Shown here: one piece after another, positions 38,896 through 49,500 of the stretch
Layout: each line of letters starts with the position of its first letter
Position numbering within the stretch: the first letter of the stretch is position 1
Origin: a virus
IMG/VR virus record: IMGVR_UViG_3300037042_001212
Span: 1 to 64,000 of that record
DNA: 64,000 nt
Reading direction: 5' to 3' (one strand)
Made by a program: the position numbers and the translations under genes
The notes under the pieces: generated by a model
The model's input: the letters and a program-made list of their open reading frames with translations, nothing else
What the model was told of the DNA's origin: nothing
Databases searched by the model: none

Positions 38896-39319
38896 TGCTA
38901 TCTCCTAGTGGTAACTCACAGGTTACCCATCGAAAGTTATTGCCGTCACCGGCGAAGATTTTGGCCCAGCCTTTGCGCCCTGTGAATTCAATGGCGTCGC
39001 ACTGCGTATCCGTAGCCCAGCGGCGCAGTATCGCCAGCATGGGTTCTTTCCATCGTTCAAGCTCTTCACCCCCACAAAAGTGCATATTCAGCACCCGCTT
39101 GTTGGGGTATTCAGTGAACCCGGTCACCACAGCGCCATAGTAGGTCGGACCGTCGTCGAAGGCAACCCACAGGTGATGATCATCCCGCTGTGTTACAAGG
39201 TCAAAAATGTCCTCGTCGTGGAACCGCCCGTGAGTCTGCTTCGCCGCCATCTCCATGTAGGGCTTAACATACTCCCAGCAGCTATGGACGTGCCCCGGTG
39301 GCACCATACTTACTTTCAT
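38888..39319 (-). CDS. GNAT-fold-like protein among the ejection genes
   Basis: LWV...GAVVT....YP....L...FCGG...GRKGW; position comparable to P22 gp14 / T7 gp13. Confidence 0.65.
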   Translation of the reverse strand: MKVSMVPPGHVHSCWEYVKPYMEMAAKQTHGRFHDEDIFDLVTQRDDHHLWVAFDDGPTYYGAVVTGFTEYPNKRVLNMHFCGGEELERWKEPMLAILRRWATDTQCDAIEFTGRKGWAKIFAGDGNNFRWVTCELPLGDSNG

Positions 39320-40545
39320 GCGGCACGGCGCTTCGCGTCTTGCTCGGCTTGGCGCATCAGGGCATACAACCGCTTCGCCCCGCCAGCCTGTTTGACACGT
39401 TTCCTCGGTACATAAGCTTCGCCGTTGGACACTTTGGCAGGCCGCACCCCGTCGATCGTCGTTGGAATAGAGTCGCTGGTACCAGTTCCCGGGCCCCTGA
39501 TGGGGATCGCCCCAAGACCGGCAGCAGCTTCACGTTGCCCACCCATGCCATCCACCGCCTTCTTGGTGAGAACGAAACCGCCATCCTCGAGCTCCGGCAC
39601 GGAGTGCATCTCACCACCCTTGGCAGCATAGGTTGGCTGCAGGGTGCCGTAGTCAGTGAAAAGGTTACGCTCGGGGTCGTAGGGCCGACGGACAGGGCCG
39701 GAGAGTCTGGCTGTTGAACGCGGTTCCTGCGGCATCTCGGGGAGTCCGGGCTGGTCAAACGCACCTACCATGCCAAGAGCGCCAAGACCCGCAGCACCCT
39801 TGCTCATGCCGGTTGGGAACTGCTGGCCGAGGGCATCCGTGAAGGATGGTTTGGAGTAGGTTTCCATCCCCGGGCTGCGAGCACCAATAGCCCCGTCAAT
39901 AGCGTATGGATCGACGGCTGTGGCGGCAGGTTGGGCCAAAGTAGGCACACTGGCCAAATTCGGGTTTGTGGACATTGCGTTGGTGATGCCAGATGTGCGG
40001 GCGGCGGATTCAGCTGCGTTCAACGCTTCAATCTGGGAGGCGTTACCCCCCGAGAGCCCGACATCAGCCATCCCAGCACCAGCAGCCTCAGTACCCCCAA
40101 ACAACCCTGACTGCATACCCGCACCCATACCGCCGCCGACGCCGTAGCCACCAAGCCCACCCATCAACGCACCCTGTAACCGGTTCTCTTTGTTGGTTAG
40201 CGCCCCTGTCGCGGCTCCAGCCAGAGCCCCTGTTTGTGCGGCAGTCAACCCCATAAGTCCTGCTGTACCAGCAGCACCAGTAACAGCACCCGCAGCAGCA
40301 GCACCCGGAGCAGCAGCTAAAGCAGCGCCACCCGTAAAATAGACCGCAGCCGCAGCCGCGATAGCGGGGAGGATGTTCTTCAGGAACCCAGCCTCTGCAA
40401 GTCCGGTATGTGGGTTGATGGTCAAAGAGCCGCCGTGAGCGAGCGCAATAGCTTGAAGACCTCGCACCTCGCCGGGGGTCATGTGAACAAGCATTTTGTC
40501 TTCGCCACGACCGAGGGCGGCAAGTCCGGCAGCAGTTCGTTTCAT
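39316..40545 (-). CDS. Internal virion / ejection protein
   Basis: GRGEDKMLVHMTPGEV, TINPHTGL, TM-like Ala/Gly segment, GPGTGTSDSIP...SNGEAYV. Confidence 0.8.
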   Translation of the reverse strand: MKRTAAGLAALGRGEDKMLVHMTPGEVRGLQAIALAHGGSLTINPHTGLAEAGFLKNILPAIAAAAAVYFTGGAALAAAPGAAAAGAVTGAAGTAGLMGLTAAQTGALAGAATGALTNKENRLQGALMGGLGGYGVGGGMGAGMQSGLFGGTEAAGAGMADVGLSGGNASQIEALNAAESAARTSGITNAMSTNPNLASVPTLAQPAATAVDPYAIDGAIGARSPGMETYSKPSFTDALGQQFPTGMSKGAAGLGALGMVGAFDQPGLPEMPQEPRSTARLSGPVRRPYDPERNLFTDYGTLQPTYAAKGGEMHSVPELEDGGFVLTKKAVDGMGGQREAAAGLGAIPIRGPGTGTSDSIPTTIDGVRPAKVSNGEAYVPRKRVKQAGGAKRLYALMRQAEQDAKRRAA

Positions 40546-40575
40546 AGGTAAACCCTCAAGATTTTTAACATATTA

Positions 40576-41229
40576 TCACGCGTAGATACTCGAAACCACA
40601 TCCGAAACCCGGGTGGCAGTTAGGATCACCGAAGGCACAGCTGGACGGGTTGGGCTTGTGCCTGCAACGTAGTGTTCGATCCGAGCGTCAACGCTTGTGG
40701 TATTCCACATCAGCTGGATGTAGTCGGCAGCTTGAACGGTAACCAAGAAATTCAGAGCCGCAACGATGTGGTACGGATCACCGACTCCTTTTCTGGCGGC
40801 AAGGCCAAACCGGCTGTTTGAGTTGGCGATGTCCGTCCCGTTCTTCCGGAACCAGATGTCAATGTCCTGCGGAGCAGTTGATAGGCTAGACAGTTGTATG
40901 CTGAACTGAATGTTGTATACCCCGGCATCTGCAAAGGTAAGCTGCGAGGAACTTGCAATCGATACCCCCTGCGAGATATCAGTGGTGTTCAGCGTTATTG
41001 CATAGGCCACCGTGGTGCTGACAGCGGTCTGATCCGTGGTGTCGTAGAACGACCCGTAGGAAAACGTCAGGTAGTCTCCACCTTTCGGGCCAAATACCGC
41101 CTGCAACGCATTGTCCAGCGTGTTGAAGTAGACCCGAAGCTCCCGGTAGGTCTGGTCGTAGTAACGCGCCTCATACTCCTGCGGCGCATTGATTAGGTTT
41201 GGAGCCTTGGTGGCGCGGAGGACAGCCAT
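40576..41229 (-). CDS. Tail-associated protein (N-terminal helix plus C1q-like beta sandwich)
   Basis: Directly follows the nozzle gene; YGSFYD, GVYNIQFSIQL, DYIQLMW. Confidence 0.6.
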   Translation of the reverse strand: MAVLRATKAPNLINAPQEYEARYYDQTYRELRVYFNTLDNALQAVFGPKGGDYLTFSYGSFYDTTDQTAVSTTVAYAITLNTTDISQGVSIASSSQLTFADAGVYNIQFSIQLSSLSTAPQDIDIWFRKNGTDIANSNSRFGLAARKGVGDPYHIVAALNFLVTVQAADYIQLMWNTTSVDARIEHYVAGTSPTRPAVPSVILTATRVSDVVSSIYA

Positions 41230-43376
41230 TACTTGCGACCGTCAGGGCGAATATCTACACGCGGCACACCCAGTTGCCATGCCACACCCTGCTCCGTTGA
41301 CCTGATCTCAAACGACATCTGACGGCCCCGCACCCTCGTGTAGACCTGACCCGTGTATTGCTGCACGGCGTATACCCGCTCTGTGTTGTAACTCTGGGCG
41401 CTGGTGACATCCGGCGAGCTTGGTGTTCCATATGCCGAGCCTGAGAACTGCCGGGGTTTGCATACCATCGTCACTGCGGGGTAGTTCGGTGCCGGAGTTG
41501 TAGAGCCGTCGAACGTCAGGTCGGGGATAATCCGCCAGACAAACCCAAAGTTGTGGCCATCACCAATGTCAAAGTCCGAAGAACTGACATACGCCTCAAT
41601 CGGGACGGCGGTGGGGGTAGTCAAGTCATCGTTGCCAGACTCGTGGAACATAACCTGATTAGGTATCACCAACCCTGCCGTTGAGTAGGCAACATGGGAG
41701 GCAGCGGTAGTGCTGTTTAAACCGCGAGTACAGCCGCTTAAAGCCGTGGTCGTCCGGCTGGTGTAAGAGATTTGCTCGCTATCAATGAGCACAACACCAA
41801 CGTATGGGTAGGAGGCGCAGTCAATGACGTTCAGCGTGGTATCCGTGGATAGAGCTGCGGCGGACAGGTAGGTCGTCCGGACACTGAACGAAGCCATCGG
41901 GCGCTGACGCAGGGGAGAGTCCAGCCACGCTGCTCGGTTCATTAGGCCGTAATACCACGCGTTGTCGAGGTAGTTGTAGATGACGTAACTATCATTCACA
42001 TTGCTGCCAGCGGAAGGGTAGTGCCACCAGACCTCACTGTATTGCTCGTTGCCACCGGCAATCACCTGAAAGCTCTGGTCGAAGTTGAAGTTGTCAAAGA
42101 CGTATTGCCGCACTGTGCAGGGGAGCGTTTGGACACGACCGTCGTACATATAGAACTTGTCCACACCCATCCAGAACATCAGGTTGCTCGCGCCCACTAC
42201 TGCGTTGGGGGAAGCAATTGATATCCCATCCATTAGCAGGTTCACACCCCAGACATAGGGTGGCCCAAGATACTGCATGGAGTAGATGGCACTGTCAGAC
42301 CAGACCACAAACTCCTGCCGACCATGCCTTCCCGTGACCAACTGGGAGCCGTGCGAGAAGCGAAGCTCACCAGCCTGATTGTCCGCAGCAGGAACCCACT
42401 GGTAGATGTTCTCTTGGTCAGACCAGCGCACCAACATAGGGTCAAAAGTTGTCTCAGCGTCCAATGGATCATATGGGTTAGCGCCGATACAAATACCAAA
42501 ACGCTGAACACCGGAAGTATGAATCTCGTAAACCCTGTTGGGGACAAACGTACCGCCGTAACCTGCTGCGGTAGCAAGACTCTCCAGCGTTACCGCCCGA
42601 GGCGGTGCGGTAGTTGTATCCGCAGCCCAGTAGTAGATAGCGCCTTCCCGGATAGCTGATATCAAGTCCTGCCCGTAGTTATCGAGCGACCACAGACGTA
42701 GCTGAGTTGTTTCTTGAACAATGGCAGTCCCGGAATACTCTTCGCCCCAGCCATCTCGACTCCACGGGCCGGTGCCCCAGCCTGTGCCAACCGATGCAAC
42801 CGAGTTGCCGGAGTTCACCTGATAGGCGGCGCTCACTACAGCACCACCACCAGAACCAGTTGCGGCGGCGGCGGTCGGGAGGATGATCTGGTAGCTGTTC
42901 GCATTAACAACAACGACCACCTCAAACTCAGCGTTGAAGGCGGTGTAGTTTGCCCCGGTTGCGCCAGAGAACGTCACATAAGTGCCGACGGTTACGCCGT
43001 GCGCGGTGTCTGTTACGACTGCCAGCTTGGAGCCGTTGGTTATAGCAAATGGGTTGTTGTTGATCGTGCTGGTGTCCCGGATCGGGGTGATGTCATAGTA
43101 AGCCCCGCCATTCTCGACGTAGAGCTTCTGTTCCGTCCCCAGAGCCAGCAGGTTGCTACTGTTCAGTGTGATCCAGTTCCACAGGTTACGGCACACACCT
43201 TTAAACGTGTTGGCCGTGCCCGACACGAAAGCCGCGAAGTTCTGCCAGCCACCGATCTTCTCCGGGAACCCAGAGCGGAAGCGAATCTTGTCCCCGTCGT
43301 ACCAACCCCCCTCACCGGCGTAGTTGGTGTTCTCTCTGTTGATCCCGGGCTTGAACTGGAGTTTGGATAATGGCAC
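41229..43376 (-). CDS. Tail nozzle / stabilisation protein (P22 gp10 or tubular protein B-like)
   Basis: 715 aa beta-propeller-like; RWSDQE, FWMG...FY.YDG, EVWW.YP; ends PDGRK. Confidence 0.8.
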   Translation of the reverse strand: MPLSKLQFKPGINRENTNYAGEGGWYDGDKIRFRSGFPEKIGGWQNFAAFVSGTANTFKGVCRNLWNWITLNSSNLLALGTEQKLYVENGGAYYDITPIRDTSTINNNPFAITNGSKLAVVTDTAHGVTVGTYVTFSGATGANYTAFNAEFEVVVVVNANSYQIILPTAAAATGSGGGAVVSAAYQVNSGNSVASVGTGWGTGPWSRDGWGEEYSGTAIVQETTQLRLWSLDNYGQDLISAIREGAIYYWAADTTTAPPRAVTLESLATAAGYGGTFVPNRVYEIHTSGVQRFGICIGANPYDPLDAETTFDPMLVRWSDQENIYQWVPAADNQAGELRFSHGSQLVTGRHGRQEFVVWSDSAIYSMQYLGPPYVWGVNLLMDGISIASPNAVVGASNLMFWMGVDKFYMYDGRVQTLPCTVRQYVFDNFNFDQSFQVIAGGNEQYSEVWWHYPSAGSNVNDSYVIYNYLDNAWYYGLMNRAAWLDSPLRQRPMASFSVRTTYLSAAALSTDTTLNVIDCASYPYVGVVLIDSEQISYTSRTTTALSGCTRGLNSTTAASHVAYSTAGLVIPNQVMFHESGNDDLTTPTAVPIEAYVSSSDFDIGDGHNFGFVWRIIPDLTFDGSTTPAPNYPAVTMVCKPRQFSGSAYGTPSSPDVTSAQSYNTERVYAVQQYTGQVYTRVRGRQMSFEIRSTEQGVAWQLGVPRVDIRPDGRK

Positions 43377-43386
43377 GTTTAAACTC

Positions 43387-43827
43387 TCACGAGAAAGGGC
43401 GGACGCCCTGCTTGTCGATAATCAACCGGGAATTGCGCGGTTGGGCTCCTTCAAGGCTCGGCACCGAGATATGCGTCCATGAATCAAACTCAAGGATGAT
43501 CTGGTCGAACGGGACTTCCGCCTTGATACAAGCCTCCACAACCTCGCGGGGCTTCATGCCCGGCACCCGGATATCGGCAGCACATCCAATCCGGTGCTGG
43601 CTGCTGTCTTTGGAACCTACGGAGTCGTTCACCTTCTTCGACCGGAAGCCGGAATTGATCATGATCGGCTTGCCCCCCAAGGCCGTCTTAACCTGTTGCA
43701 AAAGGATAGCCAATCGATTCAGGTTCGCCGTTTCCTGCTCGTTGGGGGTGTTGTCCCATCCGTTGCGATCCGCAGCCTCTGAGCGCGTCAGTTCCTCAAG
43801 AGAGAAGTTTGCCGTCAGTTGGGTCAT
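43387..43827 (-). CDS. Endolysin, peptidase M15 family
   Basis: NFSLEEL, SGFRS..VN..VG....SQH..G.AAD, WTH. Confidence 0.9.
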   Translation of the reverse strand: MTQLTANFSLEELTRSEAADRNGWDNTPNEQETANLNRLAILLQQVKTALGGKPIMINSGFRSKKVNDSVGSKDSSQHRIGCAADIRVPGMKPREVVEACIKAEVPFDQIILEFDSWTHISVPSLEGAQPRNSRLIIDKQGVRPFS

Positions 43828-44297
43828 TTCTTGTCCTTCTCCTTGCTACCAATCGAAGAGCCAAGCCAGAAGTTCAGCATCGTTGCAATCACGGTTCCAA
43901 GCAGGAAGCCGAGGATGGTGTCTGCGAACCTTACGTTGTTGGCAGGAATTTCGCTGAACGTCACAAAGCCAATATAAATAACGGCTGCAGCACTCCAAAA
44001 CATCGTCAGATACATGACGAACCGCTTGGAGAATTTGTCGTCTTGTTGCAGAGCAATCTTCTGCATATCCCGAGCATCGGCAGTGTTCTTATTGCTTTGC
44101 TCGATCATGAATTCTTCGTGCTTCATAGCGGCCTGCTTTGTGGCCTCAATCTCCTGCGGACTCATGTCAGGCTTTAGCTCAACACCGAGCTTATCGCTAA
44201 CGTAATCAATGCCCTTATCAACCACAGCCTGCGCCACTTTAGGCAGGTTGTTCTGCAACAGCATACTGACAACGCCAGAGATAAGAGCCGGGATCAT
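43824..44297 (-). CDS. Holin-like membrane protein
   Basis: Two TM helices, FWLGSS.GSKEK C-terminus, adjacent to the endolysin. Confidence 0.7.
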   Translation of the reverse strand: MIPALISGVVSMLLQNNLPKVAQAVVDKGIDYVSDKLGVELKPDMSPQEIEATKQAAMKHEEFMIEQSNKNTADARDMQKIALQQDDKFSKRFVMYLTMFWSAAAVIYIGFVTFSEIPANNVRFADTILGFLLGTVIATMLNFWLGSSIGSKEKDKK

Positions 44298-44557
44298 TTT
44301 GCTTTCTGCCTTTCTTCAGTCATTCGGGTTCGCACATGAAGTTCGTGAAGTTCTTTAAATACTTCTTCCTTGAGTTTGTGCCGCGCTTCTGCGGACAACG
44401 GACTATCGGTAGGAACGCCAGCGGGCGTAATCAGTGCGGGCATCTGCCCTTCGATCTTGGTCAGTCGCGTATTAAAAGAGCTAACTTCCCCCAGCAGCCA
44501 TGCCAACGAGGCCACCACTATGGGGATTACAGCCTTCAGTACGTCAGACCAGTTCAT
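44294..44557 (-). CDS. Small membrane protein in the lysis cassette
   Basis: One N-terminal TM segment plus coiled coil. Confidence 0.6.
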   Translation of the reverse strand: MNWSDVLKAVIPIVVASLAWLLGEVSSFNTRLTKIEGQMPALITPAGVPTDSPLSAEARHKLKEEVFKELHELHVRTRMTEERQKAK

Positions 44558-44773
44558 TTAACCTTCTACCGAAGAACCACTAAACGGAATCTCGGAGAAC
44601 GCTGCGCCAGCGAAAGCCCCAGACGAATTATCCGATGGGTATACCTGACTCCATACTCCGCTCTGCTTGATGTAAATGGCTGCTGGGGACTTCCAAGTGC
44701 CCGCGTCCTTTACATAGGCTTGAACCACGGGCTTGAAGACTCCGCCTTGCTTTACGGAGATGGAACGCGGCAT
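44558..44773 (-). CDS. Small fibre-tip protein ending in an F..AAFSEIPFSG motif
   Basis: TAATG-coupled start at 44773; VK..G.W repeats. Confidence 0.7.
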   Translation of the reverse strand: MPRSISVKQGGVFKPVVQAYVKDAGTWKSPAAIYIKQSGVWSQVYPSDNSSGAFAGAAFSEIPFSGSSVEG

Positions 44774-45405
44774 TACGAAGCAACCCGGTACCAGATGTCT
44801 CCATCGGCACCACCAGTCGGAGTGCTTGTTGACACCGTTCTCGTTCCGTAGCCGTTGGAGGTGGCAGTGGAGATGGTTATTGGCCACGCCCCGGTTGCGC
44901 CGGTTCCATCAAGAGCAGGAACCCCAAGGCTAGTCCGCGCATTTGCAGCGGTGGTAGCGCCCGTGCCGCCATACAGAACCGGAAGCTGGGATATTTGCGG
45001 AACAACATTGGTGCCATCGACGTAAACCACAAGGTATGTGCCGCTTGCTACGGTGACCCCGGTTCCCGCAGAGGTCTTGACGACAATGCTCTGGGAGCCT
45101 GTGGTGTTGTTGCGGATCAGATACGCTTTTTGAATCGTCGGGACAATCAGGTTCCGCGTAGTCGTGAGCGATCCAGTGGAGGTGACATTCAGTGCAAGGT
45201 TCCGTGCCACTTGCGTAGCATTGGAATCCGTCAGGGTGATCGTAAGGTCGGCATCGGTCGTGAAGTTCGGATTGCCGTAGCCCACAATGGCTTGCTCAAG
45301 CGCAGTACCAAGGTTGGCGTTGGTGGTAGTGCCCCAAGAGCCTGTCTGGTCACCGAGCGACATAAGCTCGATCTTGAGGTTAGTAGAGTAGGTCGATCCG
45401 GGCAT
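44773..45405 (-). CDS. Short tail fibre (anchor domain)
   Basis: STYSTNLKIEL...GDQTGSWG..TN.NL; GGTGATTA..AR..LG; C-terminal GDIWY. Confidence 0.75.
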   Translation of the reverse strand: MPGSTYSTNLKIELMSLGDQTGSWGTTTNANLGTALEQAIVGYGNPNFTTDADLTITLTDSNATQVARNLALNVTSTGSLTTTRNLIVPTIQKAYLIRNNTTGSQSIVVKTSAGTGVTVASGTYLVVYVDGTNVVPQISQLPVLYGGTGATTAANARTSLGVPALDGTGATGAWPITISTATSNGYGTRTVSTSTPTGGADGDIWYRVAS

Positions 45406-45432
45406 GTATTCCCCCGCCTTTATCTGATGTTT

Positions 45433-45678
45433 TTAAGGCCGCGGCGCATTAACAACTGGATTGATTTCCCCTAAAACCGTGTCATACCAAAATTGGTCGG
45501 CAACAACGGAAGGATCGCAATCTACCCAAAATAAAGGCTCGGATACTGGGAAATCAGTATCTGAAACTTCGCAAACCCTAGCACTATCCGGATAGGTCGC
45601 ATACACAGGTTCAAGCGGGGTTCCGCTCCAGTTTTCGACATACTGAACGGGAAAACGATTATCAATTAGTGCTTTCAT
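45433..45678 (-). CDS. Fibre assembly chaperone-like protein
   Basis: RVCEV....FPV...LFWVDC; follows the Gly-rich fibre gene. Confidence 0.55.
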   Translation of the reverse strand: MKALIDNRFPVQYVENWSGTPLEPVYATYPDSARVCEVSDTDFPVSEPLFWVDCDPSVVADQFWYDTVLGEINPVVNAPRP

Positions 45679-45681
45679 GGG

Positions 45682-46563
45682 TTATCCAATATATTGAATG
45701 TAAACAGCGCCACCGGTGCCGCCAGAAGCATCGGATGCGGTAGTTCCACCAGCACCAGTTGCGCCGGGAACGCGGTTTAGAGCCGCAGTCCATGTTACAG
45801 CCGCCGTAGCAGATGCCCCATTTGCGCGTGCTGTCAAACCAACAAAGTCACCGCCAGCGCCATAAAGGACAGAACTGTTGGCAGTAACCCCGCTTGTGCC
45901 AGCGCCAGCCGCGCCATCAGCGCCGCTACTGTTTCCAGAAACTCCACCACTGCCCCCGGTTGCGGACAACAACGAGCCTAAAGAACTGGTTGCGCCAGCA
46001 CTACCGTTTGTTGATGCTGTATTTGTGCCTGCCCCGCCAGCGCCAACGGTTGCTACGTAGCCAGTGCCGGGAACTACTGTGTAAATGCCGACAGCAATTC
46101 CGCCAGCACCGCCACTGCCGCCGTTATTAGGGCCACCAGCATCATGGTTGCCACCACCGCCACCGCCGCCGATACAGATAACTTTGACTCTAGTAACTCC
46201 GGTAGGAGCAGTCCAAGTCGTTGCGCCAGAAGTGTATAGGTCGTATTGCGGCTGCTGCAGAGCTACACCAGCAGGAAATGTGCAGAATACGTCTTTGGTT
46301 CCGGCAGAAAAGTTCACCAGCGACCCGGAGTTCGATGACGACAAAACTGTGGTTCGAGACAGCGTGGTTCCAGACGAGGTGTAGGTTCCAATGCCAACCT
46401 CAAACTCTGATGTTCCTTGGCCAGCAATGCAGTAGTAGGTCTCGTTGGCGTTACCGATGACGGAGAACGATTGAAACCCAGTAGCCGCACCAGATAAAGT
46501 AACGGTTCCTGTGCTAGTAGTGGTGGTTGTCTCTTTAACTCGATCCTTCACGACGAATGCCAT
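45682..46563 (-). CDS. Fibre/spike protein with Gly-rich C-terminal domain
   Basis: N-terminal DRVKETTTT..TGT...FEVGIGTY...FSAGTKDVF module; WTAPTGVTRV.V..IGGGGGGG. Confidence 0.75.
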   Translation of the reverse strand: MAFVVKDRVKETTTTTSTGTVTLSGAATGFQSFSVIGNANETYYCIAGQGTSEFEVGIGTYTSSGTTLSRTTVLSSSNSGSLVNFSAGTKDVFCTFPAGVALQQPQYDLYTSGATTWTAPTGVTRVKVICIGGGGGGGNHDAGGPNNGGSGGAGGIAVGIYTVVPGTGYVATVGAGGAGTNTASTNGSAGATSSLGSLLSATGGSGGVSGNSSGADGAAGAGTSGVTANSSVLYGAGGDFVGLTARANGASATAAVTWTAALNRVPGATGAGGTTASDASGGTGGAVYIQYIG

Positions 46564-46572
46564 ACTATCTCC

Positions 46573-49500
46573 TTATGTTTCGGTTACTTCCCAGTCAGGC
46601 TGTTGCTGAGTATCGATATCTTCCCAGTCATCAGCACTCGGTGTTGTTGCAGTAGACCATGCCGCTGATTGTGTATTCGGAATATTGACCCAACCGCTGC
46701 CACCGCTACCCTGAATCGTTGACCACCCGGAACCCTGTGCAGTTCCAACCGGGCTCCAAGTCGTTGACCCGCTGGGGTCAATCATACTCCAGCTTACTGC
46801 CTGCGTAGTGCTGACTGCCGTCCAGCTACCGTCCGGGCCCGCCGCAACCAGACTCCAACCAGCGGACTGCGTAACCCCCACTGGCGTCCAGCCGCTGCCA
46901 CCGGAGGTGCCTATATTTTGCCAGTTTGGGGTCTGATTGTCACTGATCAGTTCCCACGGCGGCGGGGCGAAAACGAACCCAACGGCACCGGTGGCAAACA
47001 CCCCGGTCAGGGTTGCACCGTAAACGACTTGAACGCCACCAACTTCACCCGCAGCCGAGACGCCCGACAGGGCTACGGTCAGGAAAACGCCGAAATCCCC
47101 AACAGACCCTACCAACTGGACGCCTGACAGAAGTTGTCCGCCTTCAACCGTTCCGACTTCCCCGGATGCGAATACCCCAGTCAGGGCTACCGTAACGCTC
47201 ACCTCCGGGGTTCCGGCCTCGCCGGTGGCCTCTACACCGATTAGGGTGACCGGCGTTGACGCTTCTATGTCACCAACCTGCCCTTCCGCTTGGACAAGCG
47301 GCATCCCTGCATAGCCACTGAATGGCGCAAAGGCGAAGGGCGAATCACCAAAGGCACCGGCACCCGCATACCCGCTATTGATCTCCACGGTAATGGAGGG
47401 GGTAACGCTACCGACTTCTCCGGTGGACTCAACACCGGTAAGGTCTTCTTCAGGGACTACATAACCAACCTCGCCAGTGGCGGATACCCCGGACAAGGTA
47501 ATGTCCAATACCGCGCCAACAGCGCCGATCTCGCCACGAGCGACCGCGCCGGAGGATGCGTCATCACCGCTAAACGCTGTTTCAGAGAAAGCCCCGCTGC
47601 TGAACCCGCCACTCGAAACGTAGGCGGTGATCGGAACGGTCAGGGACGGGGCTTGGGTGCCGGTGCCTGAAACTGCTTCAACACCGGTAAGGTCTTTTTC
47701 AGGGGTTACATAGCCAACCTCACCGGTTGTAGAGACACCCGTAATATCAACCGGGAAGGTGGAAGTAACGTCCCCGACCTCACCGATTGAGACGGCCCCG
47801 GAGTAGGAGGAGACGCCGCTAAATGCGTCTTCAGAGAACGCGCCGCTGCTGAACCCGCCGCTGGATATGTATTGCGTGATCGGGACTGACAGGGAAGGCG
47901 TAAGCGAACCGACACTAGTTGCAAGCGATACACCGCTTATTTCTACGGTTGCTTCCGTCCCGACATTACCGACTTGGCCGGTGGCTATTACCCCGTCTTC
48001 TTGTTCAGAGGTAGAGCCGGTAATATCACCAACAGCACAGGTTGACTCAACACCTGTCAGCGATATCGTGGTGCTGGGGGTTAAGCTGCCAACATCACCT
48101 GTGGCCTCTACCCCGGTAACGACTATGTTGTATTCGACATCCCCAACCTGACCGGAGGCGTAGACCCCGGGCGGAATGGACTCACCACCAAACGGGGTGG
48201 CAGAGAACGATGCGTCACTGAAGGCACCGATGCTGCTCCACGCGCTGATCTCGACGGTCGTGGATGGGGATTGGTTGCCAGCGGCACCGGTGGCATCGAC
48301 ACTAGTTAAAGCAGGAGCGGACTCAGCAGATACGTTCCCTACCGAGCCCGTAGCCTCAACGCCGGTAACGGATACGCTAAGGTTGGCCGTGACATTGCCA
48401 GCAGACCCAGTTGCTGAGACACCGGATATCTCCACTGAATACAGAACATCACCGACCTCACCTGTAGCTGACACCCCGCTCAGTGTTACGGAGGACGATG
48501 GCGTCACACTACCAACATCGCCGGTTGCCGCTACACCGCTGATCGTTACATCAATGTTCGCTGTGACGCCGCCTACCGCACCGGTTGCCTCTACGCCGGT
48601 CAGGGCAACTGTAGTGCTTGGTGCTACGGTTCCGACGCCGCCTGTCGATTCAACGCCGGATATCGAATACGTCTTCTCGCCAACTACGTCCCCTGTTTCA
48701 CCGGTGGCCTGAACAAGTGGCATCCCGGCATAGCCACCGAACGGTGCAAAGGAGAACGAGGCATCACTGAAGGCACCAGCGCCTTCGTAGCCGCTATTGA
48801 TCCCAACGCTGATGTCTACAGATACGCTGCCGACACTGCCAGTCGCTTCTGTGCCAGTTATACCTACCGTGGACTCAGTGCCAACATTGCCGACCTGACC
48901 CGTGGCAATAACACCGTCTTCCTGCTCAGAGGTAGAGCCGGTAATATCACCAACAGCGCAGGCGGAAGAGACGCTAGTTAGAGCAACACTGGTCGACGGG
49001 GCTACATTCCCAACGCTACCTGTGGCCTCTACTCCAGACAGGCCCACCGCATACTGAACATCACCAACGCTACCTGTTGCGGATACACCGGTTACATCAA
49101 GAGTGGTACTGGGTGAAACAGAACCGACAGCCGCCGTTTCTTCAACTCCGGATAGAGCGACAAGACGCTCGCCCATCGATACGACACCAACGTCGCCGGT
49201 GGCCGAAACTCCGTCTTCATCGACCGTGGTGTTGGCGGTTACAGAGCCAACCGCGCCGGATGCTTCAACCCCGGATATGGGGACTGCGTAGCCAACGTCT
49301 CCCACCGCGCCCGTTGCTGAGACGCTGGTAAGGGCAACATCAACCTGAACGCCGGTGTTACCTACCTGACCTGTAGCAGTAACCCCAGTGAGGGCTACAT
49401 CGACGCTCCCTGTGACGCCGCCTACCGCGCCGGTAGCCTCTACGCCGGTCAGGGCAACTGTAGTGCTGGGGGTTACGGTGCCAACACCACCAGTGCTTTC

